Assembly: GCA_021827485.1 (NCBI GenBank)
Contig: JAKAVM010000058.1
Location: 1-59,898, forward strand
DNA length: 59,898 nt
Source: Actinomycetes bacterium
Lineage (GTDB): Bacteria; Actinomycetota; Acidimicrobiia; Acidimicrobiales; JAKAVM01
Reading direction: 5' to 3'
In this document: piece by piece, positions 47,161 through 56,504 of the stretch
How the letters are laid out: every line of letters starts with the position of its first letter
Position numbering within the stretch: position 1 is the stretch's first letter
Made by a program: the position numbers and the translations under genes
Notes under the pieces: model-generated
What the model saw: the letters and a program-made list of their open reading frames with translations, nothing else
Told to the model about the DNA's origin: nothing
Databases searched by the model: none

Positions 47161-48351
47161 CTACGGATTTGCATCCATTGCAATGTTTTCGGGATCTACC
47201 ATTGCAGCAATAGTCGAAACAACTTTTTGCTTAGCGATATTTATGACACTTACGTTAGAACCGGTTAGGTTCGGAATATCAAAATTATCAACATAGGCAG
47301 TCTTACCATCGGGGGTGAATGCAATTCCTTCTGGGTTGGCTCCCACCGATACGGTTGCTTCGACGTTGTTGCTTGTAGTGTTGATAAAGCTGACCGAATT
47401 AGAAAACGCATTTGCCACGAGTAGTAGTGAACCATCTGGAGACATACCGCAACCAATTGGAACTAGGCCTACGCCAATTGTTTCGTTAATCTTTCCGGTC
47501 GCTACATTTATCACGCTCACGTTGGAAGAACCCGCATTGGGAACGTACGCAGTGGATGAATCAGGCGAAAAACATACAGCATAGGGGCCAAGACCAACCT
47601 TGATCGGAGTTCCCGCCGTATTAGTACTTGTATTGATTGGGATAATTGATCCCTGTACGAAAGGAAGAGTCGGGAAAGGTCCAACTAAGTTTCCGCCAAA
47701 ATTAGCAATGTAAACGGTCTTGCCATCGGGACTACATGCAACCCCAAGTGGGAATAAACCAGAATTTATCGTACTGACTACTTTATTTGTAGAGGTATCA
47801 ATTACCGATACTGTGCCAGACCCGAAGTTGGCTACATAAGCATTTCCGTTGGGACACATTGCAATACCAAACGGTAGGTTTCCTACTTTGATAGTGGTGC
47901 CTGTATTGGTATTTGTTGAAGTGTCGATAACAGATACGGTTCCGTCGAGTTTGTCAGTCACGTATGCATACTTGCCATCGGGAGTAATCGCAACAGCAAA
48001 AGGCCCTCTCCCAACTGCAATTGAAGCAAGCGCAGTATTATTTGCTGTGTCAATTGGGGTTACCGTTCCAGATCCAAAGTTGGCGACATAGCCCGTTGGG
48101 GTGCCAGCCGAAGCTGTTGCGCCCCCTGTATCGCCCGGATTCGTGCATGCTCCAACAACAATTGCACTACCGACTAGCAAGACAAGACAGCGAGGTATAA
48201 GGTTGCGCTTTCTAGCCAAAGATCCTTGGCCTTTCCCTGGTATCAACTTCGAAACTAAGTTTTTCTTCATGTAATCCCCCTCAGGACTAGGATATTTATT
48301 GGCCGGACTATGAGTTTTGACTTTCCCTACCCAAGTCAAGACTCTGAACAT
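47161..48351 (-). CDS. YVTN/YncE beta-propeller lipoprotein (start likely internal MKKNL)
   Basis: Repeated AYV.N.GSGTVSVIDT and PDGK; lipobox VVGAC. Confidence 0.88.
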   Translation of the reverse strand: MFRVLTWVGKVKTHSPANKYPSPEGDYMKKNLVSKLIPGKGQGSLARKRNLIPRCLVLLVGSAIVVGACTNPGDTGGATASAGTPTGYVANFGSGTVTPIDTANNTALASIAVGRGPFAVAITPDGKYAYVTDKLDGTVSVIDTSTNTNTGTTIKVGNLPFGIAMCPNGNAYVANFGSGTVSVIDTSTNKVVSTINSGLFPLGVACSPDGKTVYIANFGGNLVGPFPTLPFVQGSIIPINTSTNTAGTPIKVGLGPYAVCFSPDSSTAYVPNAGSSNVSVINVATGKINETIGVGLVPIGCGMSPDGSLLLVANAFSNSVSFINTTSNNVEATVSVGANPEGIAFTPDGKTAYVDNFDIPNLTGSNVSVINIAKQKVVSTIAAMVDPENIAMDANP

Positions 48352-48707
48352 CGTGCAGGTAGGCGCTAATATATAGCTGAGCTAACCACCCACGGACTTA
48401 GGTTACCAAAGGTAAACTGATAAGTCAATCAGTTTTACTGTTGAATTGACGCGCCCCTGCTAGTTTGCCGCAACCTCGAAGTGAAATTGACTAGGCTCTC
48501 CCAGATTTCCCCTGGAGCCACGCGGCTTTCACCAAAAAGGTCTCCTGGGCTGGAATAGTTTGGCAAGTGGTTAGGCTGCCAAGCTAGGAAGGCGCGGCTG
48601 GACTGGCAGCTTGGGCCTACGGAATACCTAACCATCAAATCGTGTTATACGTGCCATAAAGCATGAGTGAGAATTAACTCAGCTATTTCAAATGCTAAGG
48701 AGCACCG

Positions 48708-49070
48708 ATGTCAACTACCACCTTAACCAAAGATAACTTCCAAGAAACTATACAGAGCAACGACATTGTGTTGGTTGACTTCTGGGCCAGTTGGTGTGGC
48801 CCGTGCCGACAGTTCGCCCCTATATTTGAAAGTGTTTCTGAATCTCATAACGATATTATTTTTGGCAAGGTCGACACCGAGGACCAACCAGAACTCGCAG
48901 GAAGTTTCTCCATTATGTCTATCCCTACCTTGATCGCATTCCGAGAAGGTATAGTGCTCTATTCTCAACCTGGAGCACTCCCGGCGGCAGCTCTCGAAGA
49001 CCTTATCTCCAAGATTCGAAAGCTCGATATGGAAGAGGTCAAGAAGTCGCTCGCAGAATCAGCCGTTTGA
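48708..49070 (+). CDS. trxA: Thioredoxin
   Basis: DFWASWCGPC and SIPT. Confidence 0.95.
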   Translation: MSTTTLTKDNFQETIQSNDIVLVDFWASWCGPCRQFAPIFESVSESHNDIIFGKVDTEDQPELAGSFSIMSIPTLIAFREGIVLYSQPGALPAAALEDLISKIRKLDMEEVKKSLAESAV

Positions 49071-49101
49071 GCTAATAAAACAAGCATTTGAAAGGATTAT
49101 T

Positions 49102-49485
49102 TTGGGCGCTTACGAAATAACACTCCCGAAAACAATTGAGCAAACAGAAAATAAAGTACGTGAAGTTCTTTCCAACAATGGCTTTGGAGTTCTGACTGAG
49201 ATCAATGTATCCAAGATTCTCAAAGAGAAAATTCAGGTAGATCGTACCCCGCTAAAAATCCTCGGTGCTTGTAATCCGGTTTTTGCTAACCAGGCACTTG
49301 AAATTGATCCTTCTGTTGCCCTACTACTCCCGTGTAATGTTGTACTAGAGAGCTTAGCGGAAAACTCAACCAGGGTTTCGATCGTAAACCCTCGTGAAAT
49401 GATGGATAATCCGCTCCTCGAAGCGCTGGCTACCCAAGCAAGCGAGATATTGGAAAAAGTAGTTGGCGAACTCGATCTGAACTAG
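49102..49485 (+). CDS. DUF302 domain protein
   Basis: GFGVLTEI, ILGACNP, LLLPCNV. Confidence 0.9.
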   Translation: MGAYEITLPKTIEQTENKVREVLSNNGFGVLTEINVSKILKEKIQVDRTPLKILGACNPVFANQALEIDPSVALLLPCNVVLESLAENSTRVSIVNPREMMDNPLLEALATQASEILEKVVGELDLN

Positions 49486-49920
49486 CAAGTCTCGTGCTGG
49501 CGAGTCGAGCACTTGTGAGTCGAATGTTGCTTGGACGATCAGAATATTTTTCCAAGGGAAAATAATTTTGACCGAAACCTCAAAAAAGATACCATACCGG
49601 AAATAAATCGCGAGCAATAGACGTTATATGTGGTACAGCACCAAACTGGTTTGTTCCTTACAAACTGAACAAGATGAAGTATTTGAGAAAATATCTTGTG
49701 AAAGTTCACACTTGGTAATGGATTTGTGACAAGATAACCCACGAGGCATATTCCACGTGGGGATGGCATTGTGGCATGCACTCATGTATGTCCAGTCTCA
49801 CACCGTCCCCGCCGGCAGGCTGGCTATGCCTGTCCCCCAGCAGGTACCCGGTCTAACCGGCGGGGTCCTTAGGTACCGTGATGTCCCTCTAGATCACGGG
49901 GCTCTCTTGTCACACCTAAA

Positions 49921-51921
49921 GTGTATGGTGATACCATGCACCGAATATCCAATGTTCTAGTAGTAATGGCTGTCACTGTAATTCCTAGCATGGCTGCAAA
50001 GGGACCCACCGAAGCACGCCATGTGGGGCTCGCCACTTCCAGTTCCGCTTCAGGTTCCAGTTCCGCTTCAGGTTCCAGTTCCGCTTCGGGTTCCAGTTCC
50101 GGTGCCATTTCCAGCGCCGCTACCAGTTTCAATTCCACCGTCAATTCTGGCTGCTCATTGGGTCTCGCCCCGACCTCGGCCAGTGGCCCAGGATACTGGA
50201 TGGTCGATGGACTGGGTAACGTATACAACTGCGGCTCTGCCCAAGTTTATGGGTCTGCGAACTCATTGGGTTCAGCCACGGCAATTGCTTCGACACCGAC
50301 TGGTGGTTACTGGGTAGCCAATAGCCTTGGATTTGTTCAAGGATTTGGCAATGCTCAAACTTATAGGCTTTCGGGCACTCCTATTTCGGGTACTTCAGTA
50401 GTCTCAATTGCATCTACTCACGATGGAAAAGGGTACTGGATGGCTACTAACTTAGGACAGATCATAACTGCTGGTGATGCGGTAAATTATGGCTCCCCCC
50501 AAGAGTCGAATCTAACTCTGGCCGGGACGATTGTGAATATGGTGGCCACCTCGGATGGCCAAGGGTACTGGCTGCTCGGCTCTGATGGCGGAGTGTTTTC
50601 CTACGGGGATGCTAAGTTTTATGGATCACCTGGACAGATCAACCCTGGACTGGCCCCGGGCGGAACTAACTCGGTCGAACCCCTAAATGCTCCAGCAGTT
50701 GCTATAGCGCCTAGTGCAACTGGCAAAGGTTACTGGTTTGTAGCAGCCGATGGAGGAGTTTTTGCATTTGGAGACGCGCAATTTTATGGATCGACTGGAC
50801 AGATCAACCCTGGAGTTGCTTCGGGTGGAACTAACTCGGTAATTTCCAGTCTTGTCAAGCCAATTATAGGCATGGTGGTTACTCCTAGCGGATCAGGGTA
50901 TTGGATGGTTGCAAGTGATGGTGGGGTATTTGCTTTTGGTGACGCGCAGTTTGTTGGGTCTCTGGGATCTACTCCTTTGGTTAGTCCAATCGTGGGATTC
51001 GCTCCCGCCCCAATGTTGGCCAATCAGCCAGCGACAGGGTCCATTAATCTAATGACGGAACCAGCAGCGGGATACAGTTGGGTCAACAGCGCAATCAGCG
51101 GAGCCAGGTCCACTTTAGAACTGGTGATGTATGAGCTTAGCGATACAACAATAGAAGGAGATCTTGTAGCTGCTGCGGCTCGTGGCGTAAGCGTCAAAGT
51201 TCTTCTCGATCAGCATTTTGAACAAAGTTCCAACCAAGCTGCTTACAACTATCTATCAGCCAATGGAGTTATGGTAGCCTGGGCAAACCAAAGCACTACC
51301 TTTCACCAGAAAACTCTATGCGTGGATGGATCGACTTGTTGGATTATGACTGGAAATTTCACACCTCAGTACTACTCCACTTCAAGAGACTTCGTTGTAG
51401 TAGACACTCAACCTGACGACGTAGCTGCAATTACATCAACTTTTCTAAGCGATTTTGGGGGAGGACTGCCCACCAGCGCGCCAAGCGGTAACGATTTGCT
51501 GTGGAGTCCTGGCTCCGAACCAGCAACTGTTGCTCTAATCAATTCTGCTAAACAATCACTGCTCATAGAAAACGAAGAGATGGCTAGCCCGTATGTAATT
51601 AGCGCCCTTGAAGCTGCTGCTCAACGAGGAGTCAATGTTCAAATTGCGATGACCGATCAGAGCGAATGGGACAGTGCATTCAATGAGTTGGCTCAAAGTG
51701 GAGTTCATATAGCTACTTATGCTTACAGCGCCAACTTGTACATACATGCCAAAGTCATAGTTGCCGACAATTCTCAAGCATTCGTCGGATCAGAGAACTT
51801 CTCAGACGCCAGCCTCTACTACAATCGCGAACTAGGTATTGTTACCAGTAATAGCGCAATTGTAAGTGGATTGAGTTCAGTAGTTTCAAGTGACTTTTCA
51901 CAAGGAACCACCTGGCCGTAA
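49921..51921 (+). CDS. Secreted phospholipase D-family protein with N-terminal GYW-repeat domain
   Basis: Two HKD motifs (HQKTLCVD, HAKVIVAD), GSENFS, NRELG; signal-like N-terminus and a Ser-rich linker. Confidence 0.88.
   Translation: MYGDTMHRISNVLVVMAVTVIPSMAAKGPTEARHVGLATSSSASGSSSASGSSSASGSSSGAISSAATSFNSTVNSGCSLGLAPTSASGPGYWMVDGLGNVYNCGSAQVYGSANSLGSATAIASTPTGGYWVANSLGFVQGFGNAQTYRLSGTPISGTSVVSIASTHDGKGYWMATNLGQIITAGDAVNYGSPQESNLTLAGTIVNMVATSDGQGYWLLGSDGGVFSYGDAKFYGSPGQINPGLAPGGTNSVEPLNAPAVAIAPSATGKGYWFVAADGGVFAFGDAQFYGSTGQINPGVASGGTNSVISSLVKPIIGMVVTPSGSGYWMVASDGGVFAFGDAQFVGSLGSTPLVSPIVGFAPAPMLANQPATGSINLMTEPAAGYSWVNSAISGARSTLELVMYELSDTTIEGDLVAAAARGVSVKVLLDQHFEQSSNQAAYNYLSANGVMVAWANQSTTFHQKTLCVDGSTCWIMTGNFTPQYYSTSRDFVVVDTQPDDVAAITSTFLSDFGGGLPTSAPSGNDLLWSPGSEPATVALINSAKQSLLIENEEMASPYVISALEAAAQRGVNVQIAMTDQSEWDSAFNELAQSGVHIATYAYSANLYIHAKVIVADNSQAFVGSENFSDASLYYNRELGIVTSNSAIVSGLSSVVSSDFSQGTTWP
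50037..50101 (+). repeat. 18-bp coding repeat (SSSASG) x3.5
   Basis: ttccagttccgcttc(a/g)gg tandem. Confidence 0.9.
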
Positions 51922-51966
51922 AGCAGAAGTTTTCAAGTGATGTATAAATTACGTTAAACTGACGGC

Positions 51967-53229
51967 TTGCAATCAGGTCGCCTCACTAACTGGTTCCTCC
52001 CTTCATGGAGTAGCCGTAATCTAAGATTAGTTTTCTTAGCCCGAATCTCAATGAGCGCTTCTCGTGCATTGGCTGCAATAGCCATACCTTTGTATCTGGC
52101 TCGACTGGGATATTCTGGACTTCGCCTCGGTGAACTTTTCCTTACCGGTGCACTTGTTGCACTAGTTATTTCGAGCAGTGTTGGACTAGCTTCTGACCGA
52201 ATTGGGCGCAAGCCATTTCTGATATTCGTCCCATTCTTAGTCACTATCGCAGGAGGATTGTTTGCAACTGTAACCAGCAATTGGATTCTTTTTGCTGGAG
52301 CTGCGATAGGAGGAGTTGGTCGGGGCGCAGGTGCTGGTGCCGGTCAGGTGGGTCCATATCAGCCTGCAGAATCGGCCTATGTGACGGATAATATAATTTC
52401 AAAGTGGCGCAACGACGCATTTGGGAGGCTTTCCTTTGCTTCGAGTTTTGGCGCACTGTTAGGTGGGCTTATGGCTGTCTTACTCTCCCCTGGGCACATC
52501 TCACATGGACAGGCACTTTCAGACTACCGCCCTTGCTTTATTACAATAGGAGTTCTAGGAACCATTGCCGGGATTGTCGCAATATTATTATCTGAGGACA
52601 AGACCATTGCGCAACGCTCCCGAGCTACTCGGTCTCACCGTATTTTTCCTCGCAAGTCACTACCTGTGTTGCTTAGGCTGTGGGCTACAAACACAGTAAA
52701 CGGTTTGGCGGTGGGAATGTTTGGGCCATTTGTAACCTACTGGCTCTATCGCCGTTACGGAGTTGGCCCTGGAACCATCGGAATTCTCTATTCAATAACT
52801 AACGTAATTACCCTGGGTTCAGCCGTTGTGGCGGCTCCACTTGCTAGGCGTTTTCATACAGTCAAAACGGTTACGGCAGTGCGACTAATCCAATCGCTAC
52901 TACTAATTCCACTAGCGTTGTCACCGTTCTTCTGGTTGGCAGGTCTGATCTATGTGGTGCGAATGTTCGCCCAGAGGATCGGAATGCCGCTTCGCCAATC
53001 ATACGTATTAGCTGTTGCCGACCCTGATGAACGTAGTAGCGTTGCTGCGCTTTCCAATCTACCAGCGCAAGCCGCAATGGCAGGAAGCCCTGTCTTGGCA
53101 GGTTATCTTTTTGACAACATCTCTCTGGAACTGCCACTCGAGCTTGGCGGATTGCTCCAATTCATCAACGCAATCATGTACTACTTCTTTTTCAAAGATC
53201 TAAGACCCGATGAAGAACAAGAATTGTAA
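51967..53229 (+). CDS. MFS transporter
   Basis: SDRIGRK motif A and about 12 TMs. Confidence 0.9.
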   Translation: MQSGRLTNWFLPSWSSRNLRLVFLARISMSASRALAAIAIPLYLARLGYSGLRLGELFLTGALVALVISSSVGLASDRIGRKPFLIFVPFLVTIAGGLFATVTSNWILFAGAAIGGVGRGAGAGAGQVGPYQPAESAYVTDNIISKWRNDAFGRLSFASSFGALLGGLMAVLLSPGHISHGQALSDYRPCFITIGVLGTIAGIVAILLSEDKTIAQRSRATRSHRIFPRKSLPVLLRLWATNTVNGLAVGMFGPFVTYWLYRRYGVGPGTIGILYSITNVITLGSAVVAAPLARRFHTVKTVTAVRLIQSLLLIPLALSPFFWLAGLIYVVRMFAQRIGMPLRQSYVLAVADPDERSSVAALSNLPAQAAMAGSPVLAGYLFDNISLELPLELGGLLQFINAIMYYFFFKDLRPDEEQEL

Positions 53230-53260
53230 CTATCAATCTTTCTTTATAGCTGTGTTTTCT

Positions 53261-53719
53261 TCAGACTGTCTCTTTCGGGATCGCGAATACGCGTAAGCCT
53301 GCTTGCTCGGCTGCGACTGCTTGTTTCTTGTCGAGTGAAAGGAACACAACATCCTCATCGGTCGCCTCGTTGAGTAGCTGCGCCGACGCGATGTGGATAG
53401 CATCCAAAGTATTAACATCAGTATCCAATACGATACGACATGCGCGGTCTAGGATGTCCCGACTAAGCGGTGCAACACCGATTGGACCATCGTCGGCGCT
53501 ATGATTTCGATAGGCATCAAGACGTTCCCCCAAACCCTGCGCGTCGATCCGTCCATCACGGTTTGCTTTGTACAGTACGTTCGCAATCTCTACGTCCACG
53601 ATCTCTGAGATCACAACTGGGTCGGGAGAGTCGAACACGATGCGGGCAACCCATTCTACGTGGCTTTCATCTTCGACATAGAGTTTCGCAATTACGCTAG
53701 TGTCAGCGAATAGAATCAG
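53261..53719 (-). CDS. vapC: VapC PIN toxin (apparent CTG start at 53719; track start 53638 lacks the first catalytic Asp)
   Basis: Extended frame LILFADTSVIAKLYVEDE...EIAN...TLDAIHIASA...SLD. Confidence 0.85.
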   Translation of the reverse strand: MILFADTSVIAKLYVEDESHVEWVARIVFDSPDPVVISEIVDVEIANVLYKANRDGRIDAQGLGERLDAYRNHSADDGPIGVAPLSRDILDRACRIVLDTDVNTLDAIHIASAQLLNEATDEDVVFLSLDKKQAVAAEQAGLRVFAIPKETV

Positions 53720-54018
53720 CGCGTACCTCGTGATTCGATAAGAAGCGTCTTTACGTACTCCGCCGGTGCATCCCCCTTGGTGGTGGTTGTGAACTCAAAA
53801 GACTTCCTTTGTAGGCGTGTAGAGCGAGGTCGTCCACCAACTAAGAGTCCCGAGGCAATAGCAGCGGCTTTCCATATCTGGCGTGGCCCCTCTGAGCCTA
53901 CAACGGCGACCCGCAAAAGCCTGTTTACGTACGAATTAACAGATTCGCCAGATCGTGACGCTCTTTCCTTGAGTCGCAAAGCAAGATCGTCGTCGACACG
54001 GGTGATTATCTGCTTCAC
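53716..54018 (-). CDS. RHH antitoxin (VapB/HicB-like), probable leaderless GTG start at 54018
   Basis: MKQIITRVDDDLALRLKERA...SVNSYV.RLL; directly upstream of vapC. Confidence 0.8.
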   Translation of the reverse strand: MKQIITRVDDDLALRLKERASRSGESVNSYVNRLLRVAVVGSEGPRQIWKAAAIASGLLVGGRPRSTRLQRKSFEFTTTTKGDAPAEYVKTLLIESRGTR

Positions 54019-54024
54019 GCCATC

Positions 54025-54054
54025 AATGATAGCAGATCTGGCATAATGATAGCA
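54025..54054 (-). promoter_or_regulatory. Extended -10 / operator direct repeat of the vapBC operon
   Basis: TGCTATCATT twice (20-bp period); the proximal TG-n-TATCAT lies 7 nt before GTG. Confidence 0.55.
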
Positions 54055-54106
54055 ACCTTCTTGGCGGAGAGGCAGGGATTTGAGTTCTCCCTTCTCGCGG
54101 GACGCT

Positions 54107-54388
54107 TCACCGCCGCCGATAAACGTCGGATCTTGCCATAATCCATTCAACTATGACAGCGTGGTCGGACTCGTCGATACTGTATATTATTCGAAAAGTA
54201 CCGCGCCTCGCCGCGTGTTTACCGGCAAGTTCGCGTTGGAGTGGTGCGCCGACCTGGATAGGATTTTGCGTAAGAGGGCCTGTGATGAATTCGATAACCG
54301 CAGTGGCAACGGCCTCTGGCAACTCCTCTGAGATCTGACGGCTAGCGGATGCAGAAACGCGCAGAGTGTAAACCCTATTTCTTACCAC
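54107..54388 (-). CDS. relE: RelE/ParE family toxin (GTG at 54388)
   Basis: YTLRVSASA.RQI, G.PL..EL.G..AARRG.FRIIY.I, I..RSDVYR. Confidence 0.88.
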   Translation of the reverse strand: MVRNRVYTLRVSASASRQISEELPEAVATAVIEFITGPLTQNPIQVGAPLQRELAGKHAARRGTFRIIYSIDESDHAVIVEWIMARSDVYRRR

Positions 54389-54653
54389 GCAAGGCCCTGA
54401 CGGCTTCAACTCCTTCGGTATAGCGACCCTTCTCGATCTCCGTTTCCGCCCGGCGAACTCCTTCCATCGTCGCAGGGTCGGAGAGGATAGCAAGAGTCTC
54501 TTCAAGCGACTCGAGATCCTCGGGGCTGACAAGAACCGCTGCCGCGTGCCCATTCTTGGTAACGATAACGCGCTCGTGATTGTGCTCAACCCTGTCGACA
54601 AACTCAGAAAAGCGGTCCCTCACTGTTCGCAGTGATTCGGTACTCATAGCCAC
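54375..54653 (-). CDS. Phd/YefM antitoxin
   Basis: RDRFSEFVDRV, IVTKNG..AAVLVS.EDLESLEETL.ILSD. Confidence 0.92.
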   Translation of the reverse strand: MAMSTESLRTVRDRFSEFVDRVEHNHERVIVTKNGHAAAVLVSPEDLESLEETLAILSDPATMEGVRRAETEIEKGRYTEGVEAVRALRGKK

Positions 54654-54699
54654 AATTGTGCCACACTTAAATGAGGTTCACAAGGCACTTGAGCAACAG

Positions 54700-54788
54700 C
54701 GGAGAGACAGGGATTTGAACCCTGGGACCAGGTTCCCCCGGTCAACTCATTAGCAGTGAGTCCGATTCGGCCACTCTCGCACCTCTCC
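54700..54788 (-). tRNA. tRNA-Ser(GCT)
   Basis: GGAGAGG/TCTCTCC acceptor, ACTCA-CTGCTAA-TGAGT anticodon arm, long variable arm, GGTTCAAATCC. Confidence 0.96.
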
Positions 54789-54943
54789 GTTCAATATTGT
54801 AGTCGATCTATTGTAGCTTTGAGCAAGCTAGAAACCGCTTGCCTCCAAGGGCATCAAAAAGAACTAATCGACACAATTTTCGTTCGTTGCACAGTTCAGG
54901 TAGCTTTTTGCTACTGAATTAGGCTTGCGGTGGGTCCTTAGCG

Positions 54944-56005
54944 TTGCCTGCCAACCTAAGTAATAATTTCAAGGAGAAACTAGCGATGAAACAAATTTGG
55001 ATCCCAAGATACGGAGATATTTCGGTTTTTGAATTGCGTGAGATGCCTGAGCCAACTCCAGGACCAGGTGAGATACAAATCCAAGTTGCTGGCGCGGGTG
55101 TCAACTTTGCCGACCTTTCGGCACGAGCAGGCTTATATCCGGATGCGCCACCAGCCCCACTAGTTGTTGGATACGAAGTCGCAGGTACAGTAAGCCAATT
55201 GGGAAGTGGAGTTAGTGAATTTTCGCTAGGTGACAAGGTAATGTCGGTTACTAGGTTCGGTGGTTACTCCCAAATTGTATGCGTTCCGGTTGCCCAAGCC
55301 GTCAAGATTCATGCCGACGCAGACCTAAAGAGTGCAGCCGCAATACCCGTTGCCTATCTTACTGCTTATCTTATGCTTATTCGGCTTGCTTCAATACGCG
55401 AAGGAGACACCGTCTTAATCCACTCTTCCGGAGGTGGTGTAGGACTTGCAGCATTGCAGCTAGCTAAAAGTCTTGGAGCGATTGTTATTGGAACCGCATC
55501 GCGCAAGAAGCATGATAGGCTAAAAGAGCAGGGCATTGACTTTGCAATCGACTATCGCACACAGGACTTCGAACGTGAAACGATGCATTTCACTGAAGGC
55601 CGAGGAGTAGATGTAGTCCTAGATGCCCAAGGTGGCAGATCTTTTAGAAAATCTTATCGATGTCTGGCGCCACTAGGACGACTGTTCTGCTTTGGGTTTG
55701 CAGCTGCAAATGCAAATTCACGACTCTCGGCTATTAAGACTCTGCCCGGTACTCTAGTCAAGACTCCGATCTTCCACCCTTTGGCACTGATGAACTCCAA
55801 CAAGGGGGTTTTTGGGATCAACCTAGGGCACCTATGGGATGATTCAAAGCAGATCAACGAAGGATTGACAGAGTTAGCGTTAATGTGGTCCAAAGGCACT
55901 ATTGACCCAATTATTGACTCTACCTATACCTTTGACGAGGTTGGACGGGCTCACCAGCAGCTCCAGCTGGGAAAGAATTTTGGTAAGGTGGTCCTCACCC
56001 CCTAG
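54944..56005 (+). CDS. MDR-family NADPH:quinone oxidoreductase (VAT-1-like); start likely MKQIWIP
   Basis: GVNFAD...R.GLY, GYEVAG, HSSGGGVG, GKNFGKVVL. Confidence 0.9.
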   Translation: MPANLSNNFKEKLAMKQIWIPRYGDISVFELREMPEPTPGPGEIQIQVAGAGVNFADLSARAGLYPDAPPAPLVVGYEVAGTVSQLGSGVSEFSLGDKVMSVTRFGGYSQIVCVPVAQAVKIHADADLKSAAAIPVAYLTAYLMLIRLASIREGDTVLIHSSGGGVGLAALQLAKSLGAIVIGTASRKKHDRLKEQGIDFAIDYRTQDFERETMHFTEGRGVDVVLDAQGGRSFRKSYRCLAPLGRLFCFGFAAANANSRLSAIKTLPGTLVKTPIFHPLALMNSNKGVFGINLGHLWDDSKQINEGLTELALMWSKGTIDPIIDSTYTFDEVGRAHQQLQLGKNFGKVVLTP

Positions 56006-56028
56006 AGTAACCACCTAGACTAATCAAT

Positions 56029-56487
56029 ATGAAAATTGGTGATACAGCCCCTGATTTTACCTTACCACGCGAAGATGGGACAATGCTCACGCTTTCAGCC
56101 CAATTAGCCCGCGGGCCGGTCGTACTCTTTTTCTATCCCAAGGCGATGACAAGTGGTTGTACGGCAGAAAGCTGCCACTTTAGGGATCTAGCCAGTGAGT
56201 TCTCTAAGTACGATGCAATTCGCATCGGCATAAGTGCAGATAAGATTGAAAAACAGAAGAAATTCTCGGACAAGCATGACTTTGACTACCCATTACTTTC
56301 TGATACTGATCGTAAAGTTGCCCAAGCATACGGTGTAAGACGGCCAGGACCTCTATTCAATCGTAGAGTTACCTTTGTAATTGCTAAGGATCAAAAACTG
56401 GCAGCTATTATCGCCTCTGAACTCAATATGGACAAACATGCCGATGAAGCATTGAAGGTACTCGCACAGCTTGCCGGTAATAAATAG
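56029..56487 (+). CDS. bcp: Peroxiredoxin (BCP/PrxQ)
   Basis: FFYPKAMTSGCTAESCHFRD. Confidence 0.92.
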   Translation: MKIGDTAPDFTLPREDGTMLTLSAQLARGPVVLFFYPKAMTSGCTAESCHFRDLASEFSKYDAIRIGISADKIEKQKKFSDKHDFDYPLLSDTDRKVAQAYGVRRPGPLFNRRVTFVIAKDQKLAAIIASELNMDKHADEALKVLAQLAGNK

Positions 56488-56504
56488 AGAAACTATAGAC
56501 AAAT

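Noticed and set aside
48410-48440. Riboswitch upstream of the YVTN gene
   Set aside because: Only a simple AAACTGAT/ATCAGTTT inverted repeat, with no recognisable aptamer consensus.
54019-54601. Long N-terminal extensions of the antitoxin (to 54150) and RelE (to 54601) given in the ORF track
   Set aside because: They overlap neighbouring genes; family-typical starts are at 54018 and 54388.
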